From Alphaproteobacteria bacterium (GTDB taxonomy: Bacteria; Pseudomonadota; Alphaproteobacteria; UBA828), in assembly GCA_965214705.1 (NCBI GenBank), contig OZ243972.1, positions 2,240,001 to 2,304,000 of the forward strand: 64,000 nt of DNA. The letters run 5' to 3'. Of the stretch, positions 57,388 through 64,000 are shown piece by piece. Each line of letters opens with the position of its first letter. Positions within the stretch are counted from its first letter, which is position 1. Under the pieces are notes generated by a model that saw only the letters and a list, made by a program, of their open reading frames with translations, made no database searches and was not told where the DNA came from. Position numbers and translations under genes: made by a program.

Positions 57388-59172
57388 ATGGACGGTGTGC
57401 GCCTCGCGATCCTGAACAAGCGCTTCGAGGGCATCTGCCGGAAGATGGCCAACACGCTGTTCCGCACCGGGCGCTCCGGCGTGCTCAACACGGCGCGCGA
57501 CTTCTCCTGCTGCATCGTCACTGCCGACTGCGACCTGCTGGCGACCGCCGAGAGCCTGCCGATCCACGTGCTGAGCGGCCCCGACCTGATGGCCGCCTCG
57601 ATGAAGGAGTTTCACCCGGCGCTACAGCGGGGCGATGCCTTCCTGCACAACTCGCCCTACCACGGCTGCTCGCACCCGGCCGATCACACGATTCTGGTGC
57701 CGGTGATCGACGACGACGGGCGCCACCGCTTCACGGTGCTCGCCAAGGCGCATCAGGCCGATTGCGGCAACTCCATCGCCACCACCTATCACGGCAGCGC
57801 CCGCGACGTGTACGAGGAGGGTGCGCTGATCTTCCCGGCAGTGCAGGTGCAGCGCGGCTACGAGACCATCGAAGACATCGTCCGCATGTGCCGCATGCGC
57901 ATTCGCGTGCCGGACCAGTGGTGGGGCGACTTCCTCGCCATGCTGGGTGCAGCCCGGGTGGGCGAGCGGGAAGTGCTCGCACTTGCCGACGAGGTCGGCT
58001 GGGAGACGCTGGATGGCTTCGCGGCCGAGTGGTTCGACTACAGCGAGCGGCGCATGGTGGAGGCGCTGAAGGGATTGCCCGCCGGCAGCCTCACCGTCGG
58101 CAGCACTCACGATCCCATACCCGGCGCGCCCGAGGGCGTGAGAGTCAATGTCTCCATACGGGTCGACCCGGTTGAGGCGCAGATCGGGGTCGATCTGCGG
58201 GACAACGCCGATTCCCTCCCATTCGGGCTCAACATGAGCGAGGCCTGCGCGCGCACCTCGGCGATGGTGGGCATCTTCAACGCGCTGCCACACACCGTGC
58301 CGCCCAACGCCGGCGCCTTCCGCCGCATCGACGTGAAGCTCAGGCAAGGCTGCGTCGTGGGCATCCCCGAGCATCCGACCTCGTGCTCGGTCGCCACCAC
58401 CAACGTCGCCGACCACATCGCGAACGGCGTGCAGCGCGCCATCGCCGAGCTCGGCGACGGGCACGGCATGGCCGAGGTCGGCGGCGTGATCCCGCCGAGC
58501 TGTGGTGTGATCTCGGGCACCGACCCGCGCAGCGGCGCGCCGTTCGTGAACCAGGTCTTCCTCGGCTTCGGTGCGGGTGCGGCGGCGCCCGAGACGGACG
58601 CCTGGATCGCCATCGCCCACGTCGGCAACGCCGGTCTCTGCTACCAGGATTCAATCGAGGTCGACGAGATGGTCTTCCCCATCACCGTGAAGGGCCGCCA
58701 CTTCATCACCGACAGCGGCGGTGCCGGGCGCCAGCGCGGCGGGGCAGGGGCCTTCGTCGAGTTCGGCCCGGTGGAGGGCTGCCGGCTCGAGGTGGGCTAT
58801 GTCAGCAATGGCGCAGTCAACCCGGCGAACGGCGCGCGCGGCGGCGGCCAGGGCGCCGTCGCCCGTCAATACCGCCGCAACCACAATGGCGAGCTGGTGG
58901 CCCTGGACGCCTGCGCCCAGGTGGCCGTTGCACCGGGCGAGACGATGGTCTCGATCTCAGCCGGGGGCGGCGGTTACGCAGCGCCCTATACCCGGGAGCC
59001 CGAGCGCGTCGCCCACGACGTGCGAGAGAAGTGGGTTTCTCCCGAAGCTGCCCGAGACATCTACCGCGTGGCCCTTGATAGCGCTGGCAACGTCGACGAT
59101 GCCGACACGCACCGGCTCAGGGCCGCGGCCGCAGCAGAGTCCGGCGCTCGGGTGCAGACTGCGGCGGAGTGA
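57388..59172 (+). CDS. Hydantoinase B/oxoprolinase family protein, orphan
   Basis: RDFSC, LPIH, NSPYHG.SH..D, AHQAD, DSGGAG..RGG, GGGGY. Confidence 0.9.
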   Translation: MDGVRLAILNKRFEGICRKMANTLFRTGRSGVLNTARDFSCCIVTADCDLLATAESLPIHVLSGPDLMAASMKEFHPALQRGDAFLHNSPYHGCSHPADHTILVPVIDDDGRHRFTVLAKAHQADCGNSIATTYHGSARDVYEEGALIFPAVQVQRGYETIEDIVRMCRMRIRVPDQWWGDFLAMLGAARVGEREVLALADEVGWETLDGFAAEWFDYSERRMVEALKGLPAGSLTVGSTHDPIPGAPEGVRVNVSIRVDPVEAQIGVDLRDNADSLPFGLNMSEACARTSAMVGIFNALPHTVPPNAGAFRRIDVKLRQGCVVGIPEHPTSCSVATTNVADHIANGVQRAIAELGDGHGMAEVGGVIPPSCGVISGTDPRSGAPFVNQVFLGFGAGAAAPETDAWIAIAHVGNAGLCYQDSIEVDEMVFPITVKGRHFITDSGGAGRQRGGAGAFVEFGPVEGCRLEVGYVSNGAVNPANGARGGGQGAVARQYRRNHNGELVALDACAQVAVAPGETMVSISAGGGGYAAPYTREPERVAHDVREKWVSPEAARDIYRVALDSAGNVDDADTHRLRAAAAAESGARVQTAAE

Positions 59173-59181
59173 CCCCCGCGC

Positions 59182-60150
59182 TTACGCGTCGGCCTTGGGG
59201 CGCACCTCCTCGGCGAACCCGGTGATGACGTCGAGGGTTTCCTCGAGGGTCTCGCGCAGGACCTGGATCGCGAGGTGGCGCACCCCGAGTTCGCGCATCG
59301 CCCGGATGTCGCCCGCGATGTCGTCCGCCGAGCCCGTGAGCAGCATCCGCTCGCCCGTGTCGGTGATGATCGGCTCCGCGCTGGCGCCGTACCACACGGC
59401 CCAGAAGGCGATGTCGATGCTGGCCGGGTCGCGGCCCTCCGCCTCCGCCATGGCGCGCAAATCGTCGAGGCCGGCGGCGAAGCGCCCAAGCGTGTCCATC
59501 GGGAAGCGCGGGTTGCAGCCGATCGGGAACCAGGCGTCGCCGTAGCGCACGGTCCGCCGCTTGGCCGGCTTGCTCTCGCCGCCGACCCAGATCGGCGGAT
59601 GCGGCTTCTGCACCGGCTTCGGATGGAACAGGATGTTGTCGAACGACGTGAACTCGCCCTCGTACTTGGGCGCGTCGGCGGTCCAGAGCTCCTTGTAGAT
59701 GCGCAGGTATTCGTCGGTCGCCCGGCCTCGGGCCTCGAAGGGCGGCGCATCCACCGGCGGGAACTCCTCGGCCATCCAGCCGGCGCCGACGCCCACCACC
59801 GCGCGCCCGCCCGAGAGCAGATCGATGGTGGAGAGAAGCTTCGCCGTCAGAACCGGTTGCCGGTAGGGGACCACCATCACCGAGGTGAGCAGCCGCATCT
59901 CTTTGGTGACACCCGCGAGATAGGCCATCAGCGCGAGCGGCTCCAGGCATTCTCCGGCGAGCAGGGTGGGGAAGTTGAGCGTGCCGTCGGGCGAGTAGGG
60001 GTAAGGCGAATCAATGCCCTTGGGCACCACGATGTGATCCGGAATCGCGAGGATTCGGTAACCCAATTTTTCGCCATGCTGGGCGAGGGTCGCGATGTGT
60101 TCCGGCACGGCCAGCGGCCCGCCGTTGGGTACGTTGAAGCCGTATTCCAT
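59182..60150 (-). CDS. LLM-class oxidoreductase (Rv2161c-like, F420 or FMN)
   Basis: PDHIVVP..YPY, GAGWMAEEF, PKPVQKPHPPIWVGG. Confidence 0.9.
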   Translation of the reverse strand: MEYGFNVPNGGPLAVPEHIATLAQHGEKLGYRILAIPDHIVVPKGIDSPYPYSPDGTLNFPTLLAGECLEPLALMAYLAGVTKEMRLLTSVMVVPYRQPVLTAKLLSTIDLLSGGRAVVGVGAGWMAEEFPPVDAPPFEARGRATDEYLRIYKELWTADAPKYEGEFTSFDNILFHPKPVQKPHPPIWVGGESKPAKRRTVRYGDAWFPIGCNPRFPMDTLGRFAAGLDDLRAMAEAEGRDPASIDIAFWAVWYGASAEPIITDTGERMLLTGSADDIAGDIRAMRELGVRHLAIQVLRETLEETLDVITGFAEEVRPKADA

Positions 60151-60275
60151 TCCCCTAATCCCGTCAGGTCTGATGATTGCCGCGACATTGCGGCCCGGTA
60201 GGCAGAGAGAGCGGTTCTAGCGTCATCCTGAGGGGTGCGGCAAGGATCGATCCCGGCGGTAGGCCGCCGGCGGGT

Positions 60276-61262
60276 TCACACGTAGCCGTTGGCCTGAAAC
60301 CAGCAGAGCGCGTCGGCCAGTGCCCGTTCGGCGGGGCGCGCCGTGTAGCCGAGCTCGCGCTCGGCCTTGGCGGACGAGAAGAACATCATCTTGCGCGCCA
60401 TGCGCAGGCTGTCGCGGGTGAGCCGCGGCTCCCCGCCCGCGACGCGCGCCCAGGCTTCGCCGGCAGCGGCCACCGGCGCGAGCAGCCGGTGCGAGAGTCG
60501 GATACGCGGGGCGGGGCGCCCCGTGAGCCGCGCGAGGCACTCAAGAATCTCCCGGAGCGTCATGTCCTCGCCGCCCAGGATGTAGCGCTCCCCCACGGCC
60601 CCACGCTCCAGCGCCTGCAGGTGGCCGGCAGCGCAGTCATCCACGTGGACCACGTTGAGGCCGGTATCGACATAGGCCGGCATCCGGCCGGTCGCGAAGT
60701 CGACGATGATCCGCCCGGTGGGCGTCGGCTTGATGTCGCGCGGGCCGATGGGTGCCGAGGGGTTGACGATCACCGCCGGCACCGCCTCGTCGCGAACCAG
60801 CGCGCGCACCGCCTCCTCCGCCAGATACTTGGAGCGCTTGTAGTGGCCGATCATGGCGGCCTCGGTCACGGGCGTCTCCTCGTCGGCCGGCGAATGGTCC
60901 GCGTTGAGGCCGAGCGTGGCGACGCTCGAGGTGTAGACGATGCGCGTGGCACCGGCGGCGGCGGTGGCGCGCAGCAGGTCGCGGGTGCCGTCAACGTTGG
61001 TGCGATAGATCGCGGGCGGGTCGGGAATCCAGAGCCGATAGTCGGCTGCCACGTGGAAGAGCGTGTCGCAGCCCTGCGCGGCCTTCTCCAGCGAGGCGCG
61101 GTCATTGAGGTCGCCGATTGCCCGCTCCACATCAAGGCCATCGATGTTGCGCATATCGGCTCCCTGCCGCGTCAGCACGCGTACCGCGTGGCCAGCGTCG
61201 AGCAGCGCGCGGGCGACGGCGGAGCCAAGAAAGCCGGTCGCACCTGTGACGAGCGTGGTCAT
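60276..61262 (-). CDS. hpnA: Hopanoid-associated sugar epimerase
   Basis: TGATGFLG, HVAADYRLW, YKRSK, GPRDIKPTPTG. Confidence 0.9.
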   Translation of the reverse strand: MTTLVTGATGFLGSAVARALLDAGHAVRVLTRQGADMRNIDGLDVERAIGDLNDRASLEKAAQGCDTLFHVAADYRLWIPDPPAIYRTNVDGTRDLLRATAAAGATRIVYTSSVATLGLNADHSPADEETPVTEAAMIGHYKRSKYLAEEAVRALVRDEAVPAVIVNPSAPIGPRDIKPTPTGRIIVDFATGRMPAYVDTGLNVVHVDDCAAGHLQALERGAVGERYILGGEDMTLREILECLARLTGRPAPRIRLSHRLLAPVAAAGEAWARVAGGEPRLTRDSLRMARKMMFFSSAKAERELGYTARPAERALADALCWFQANGYV

Positions 61263-61942
61263 GACGGGGCCTCCGGCGGCTTGCCGAACAGCAGCCCGCG
61301 CTCCTTCCAGGCAAGCCAAACCACGTAGAGCGGCGGTAGCGCGACGCCGGCGAGCAGCAACACGATCAGACCGCCGCCCCAGGTGATGGGACCGATGAAA
61401 TACATCGCGTCCTCCAGGTGGATTCCCTTGAACATCGGCTGCCGTGCCTGGCGCGTGCCGGCGCGCTGCTCGATCCGCCAGAACATGAGGAAGAGTGCCG
61501 AGACCGAGACCCCGGCGATCAGCCCGAGATAGGGCGCCCAGCTGCCGATCCAGCTGTCCTGCAGGCCAATGCCGATGCAGACGAAGAGCGTCACGTGGAT
61601 GAAGGCGTCGGAGTAGTTGTCGTAGTGATAGCCGAAGCGGCTGGACTTGCCGGAGAGCCGCGCCAGCTCGCCGTCCATGTGATCGACGAAGTTGGAGAGC
61701 ATGAAGAGCCCGGCGGCGTAGAGAATCTCTGGCCGCGTGCCCATCGCGAAGAGGCCGCAGGCTGCGAGCCCGAGAAGAAGCCTGACCGTGGTGATGTGGT
61801 TCGGCGTGACCGGGGTATGCACGAGCGGCCGCACCATCCAGCGGGCGAGCCGCTGATCCCAGGCCAGGCGCGGCTTTGCCTTGGCGGGAGCGGCGCTCTC
61901 GCCGCTGCCCTCGTCGCTTTCGCCCATCTTGCGTTCGACCAT
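61259..61942 (-). CDS. CDP-alcohol phosphatidyltransferase family protein
   Basis: TPN; D..DGELAR...G...D...D motif; 4-bp overlap with hpnA. Confidence 0.92.
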   Translation of the reverse strand: MVERKMGESDEGSGESAAPAKAKPRLAWDQRLARWMVRPLVHTPVTPNHITTVRLLLGLAACGLFAMGTRPEILYAAGLFMLSNFVDHMDGELARLSGKSSRFGYHYDNYSDAFIHVTLFVCIGIGLQDSWIGSWAPYLGLIAGVSVSALFLMFWRIEQRAGTRQARQPMFKGIHLEDAMYFIGPITWGGGLIVLLLAGVALPPLYVVWLAWKERGLLFGKPPEAPS

Positions 61943-61993
61943 GGGCCGTCATATAGCCCGAAACGGGGCTATGACAACGCCGGACATTCCGCC

Positions 61994-62728
61994 ATGCGCG
62001 CCGTCATCCTCGCCGCCGGAGTGGGGCGGCGTCTGGGGCTCGATAAGCCCAAGATTCTGTTGCGATTCGGCGGCCGCACTCTGCTGGAACGTCATCTCGC
62101 CATCCTTGCCGCGCTCGGTGTCCGCGAGGTGGTGATCGGAATCGGCCACGAGGCGCTCGCGATCGAGCGCGCGCTGGAAGCGCTGGGCGAGACCGATGTC
62201 TCGACCATCTACAACCCCGACTACGAGCAGGGCAGCATCCTGACGCTCCGGTGCGTGCGGGAGGCGCTCATGGCGGGCGGGCCGGTCCTTCTCATGGATG
62301 GCGACGTGCTCTACGGCCGCCGTGTGCTCGCGCCCTTGATCGAGACCCGCCACGCCGATTGCCTGCTGGTTGACCGCGCCTACGAGCCCGGCGACGAACC
62401 GGTCAAGGTGGGCGTCGTTGACGGCGTGCCCACCGATTTCGGCAAGATCATCGATCCTGCGCTCGAGCCCTACGGTGAATCGGTGGGCTTCTTCCGCCTC
62501 AGCGAGGGGACGGCAAACGCGCTCGTCGAAACTGCCGGGCGCATGATCGAACAGGGAGGCAGAGAACGCCCGATGGAGGACGCCGTCGCCGCCGTCATCC
62601 GCGCCGCCAGCCCGGCCTTCGGCTTCGAGGACGTGACCGGCCTGCCCTGGATCGAGATCGACTTTCCCGAGGACGTCGAGCGCGCTGAGACCGAGATACT
62701 GCCAAAGCTCGCGGATGACGACGGCTGA
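61994..62728 (+). CDS. Phosphocholine/sugar-phosphate cytidylyltransferase (LicC-like)
   Basis: ILAAGVGRRL..PK, MDGD, GESVG, WIEIDFPED. Confidence 0.88.
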   Translation: MRAVILAAGVGRRLGLDKPKILLRFGGRTLLERHLAILAALGVREVVIGIGHEALAIERALEALGETDVSTIYNPDYEQGSILTLRCVREALMAGGPVLLMDGDVLYGRRVLAPLIETRHADCLLVDRAYEPGDEPVKVGVVDGVPTDFGKIIDPALEPYGESVGFFRLSEGTANALVETAGRMIEQGGRERPMEDAVAAVIRAASPAFGFEDVTGLPWIEIDFPEDVERAETEILPKLADDDG

Positions 62729-62742
62729 CAACAAATCCCGGC

Positions 62743-62778
62743 TTGTGCGCCTCGGATACTTAGCTATATAGTTAGCTA
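62743..62778 (+). promoter_or_regulatory. Toxin-antitoxin promoter/operator
   Basis: TTGTGC, 18 bp, TATAGT flanked by two TAGCTA palindromes (62761-62766, 62773-62778). Confidence 0.65.
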
Positions 62779-62803
62779 GAATTTTCGCCCGAGTAGGTGC
62801 GTC

Positions 62804-63037
62804 ATGACTGTCGTGAATGTCCACGAGGCCAAGACCCAGCTTTCCCGATTGCTTGCGCGCGTGGAGGGCGGCGAGGAGGTGGTGATCGCCCGCCGCGGAG
62901 AGCCAGTCGCACGGCTCGTCGCCTGCAAGCCGCGGAAGAAGCGCCGCCCCGGTCGGCTCAAGGGCAAGGTCGTCATTCCCGACGATTTCTTCGACCCGCT
63001 GCCGGAAGAGGAGCTAAAGCTCTGGGAAGGCGGATAG
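62804..63037 (+). CDS. Phd/YefM-family antitoxin
   Basis: VNVHEAKTQLSRL, GEEVVIAR.GEPVARL. Confidence 0.93.
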   Translation: MTVVNVHEAKTQLSRLLARVEGGEEVVIARRGEPVARLVACKPRKKRRPGRLKGKVVIPDDFFDPLPEEELKLWEGG

Positions 63038-63040
63038 TCA

Positions 63041-63427
63041 GTGCGGGTGCTGCTGGACACCCATGCATTCCTATGGTGGGTCGAGGCCAGTCCTTACCTT
63101 GTTGCAACCGCACATCGGGTAATCGCCGACGAGGCCAACGATATCGTCGTGAGCGCGGCCTCCGCATGGGAAATCGCCACAAAATACCGTATCGGTAAAC
63201 TGCCGGAGGCTGAAGCCGTCGCGACGAACGTCGCCGGCTGCATTGCAGACGAAGGCTTCGAGGCGCTTTCGGTCAGCGTCGCCGATGCCGAACGTGCCGG
63301 GCGATTGCCCGGAATCCACCGTGATCCCTTCGACCGAATGCTTATCGCGCAAGCCCTGGGACATGAACTGGTAATCGTCTCGATCGACAGAACCTTTGAT
63401 CGCTATGGCGTGAGTCGGCTCTGGTGA
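63041..63427 (+). CDS. vapC: VapC PIN-domain toxin
   Basis: LLDTH, SAWE, HRDPFDR, SID. Confidence 0.92.
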   Translation: MRVLLDTHAFLWWVEASPYLVATAHRVIADEANDIVVSAASAWEIATKYRIGKLPEAEAVATNVAGCIADEGFEALSVSVADAERAGRLPGIHRDPFDRMLIAQALGHELVIVSIDRTFDRYGVSRLW

Positions 63428-63523
63428 GAAGGGCTCTTACTCGCCGCCCGCCCATTGCACGCAGGCGTGCGGCCTCACCATAATGAGCGCCACACAAGGG
63501 GAACGCCGCCAGGGAGGCGCACC

Positions 63524-64000
63524 ATGAAGCTCGGCATGTTCATGCACCCGATCCAGGATTTTCGGCGGGGCTATCACACGCTGCTGAAGGAAGACTTCGA
63601 GATCATCAAGTGCGCCGATGCGGTCGGTTTCGACGAGGTCTGGCTCGGCGAGCATTTCGCGCTTCCCTCCGAGCCGATCCAGTCGCCGCTGATGCTGTTC
63701 GCGACGCTGGTGCCCCAGACCGAGCGGATCAAGTTCGGCTCCGGCGTCCTCTGCCTGCCCTACCAGCACCCGGCGATCGTGGCGGGCCAAGCCGCGCAGT
63801 TCGACCATATCTCCGAGGGCCGCTTCCTCATGGGCATCGGGCCCGGCGCTACGCCGCCCGACTTCGAGATGTTCAAGATCACCGACCTCGATCGTATGGA
63901 GATGCTGGTCGAGTCCATCGACATGATCCACGGCATCTGGGCTTCGGACCCGCCCTACGAGTTCCACGGCAAGTACTGGGACTTCGAGATCAAGGACAAC
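63524..64000 (+). CDS. LLM-class flavin monooxygenase, 5' part (runs off the window)
   Basis: GGAGG RBS; translated by hand as MKLGMFMHP...GFDEVWLGEH...; absent from the ORF track because there is no stop in the window. Confidence 0.87.
   Translation, partial: MKLGMFMHPIQDFRRGYHTLLKEDFEIIKCADAVGFDEVWLGEHFALPSEPIQSPLMLFATLVPQTERIKFGSGVLCLPYQHPAIVAGQAAQFDHISEGRFLMGIGPGATPPDFEMFKITDLDRMEMLVESIDMIHGIWASDPPYEFHGKYWDFEIKDN

Overview
High-GC window from an alphaproteobacterium, probably Rhodospirillales-like (inferred from gcrA, topA-rnr, acpS-lepB-rnc-era, yfgM-bamB-der, def-fmt-truA and hpnA). Core housekeeping blocks alternate with accessory catabolic and transport genes. Main points: (1) a LeuC/LeuD-like aconitase-family pair that keeps the [4Fe-4S] cysteines but has lost the canonical catalytic and carboxylate-binding motifs; (2) a copper island (sodC, cytochrome c, cueR, copA, cytochrome c) with two back-to-back CueR-type promoters, where an intact IS1634-family element sits in the copA 5' UTR; (3) that IS has terminal inverted repeats, a 4-bp target duplication and an unusual internal 14-bp direct repeat; (4) an NCS2 permease fused to a degenerate RsbW-like (HATPase_c) domain; (5) a five-gene tungsten aldehyde oxidoreductase (aorABCDE-like) operon with a strong hairpin between the aorB-like and aorC-like genes; (6) hpnA linked to a CDP-alcohol phosphotransferase and a cytidylyltransferase; (7) several orphan enzyme subunits and a Phd-VapC toxin-antitoxin module. 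I saw no rRNA, tRNA or CRISPR array. All calls come from reading motifs by eye; no database search was run, and several start codons were adjusted from the ORF track.
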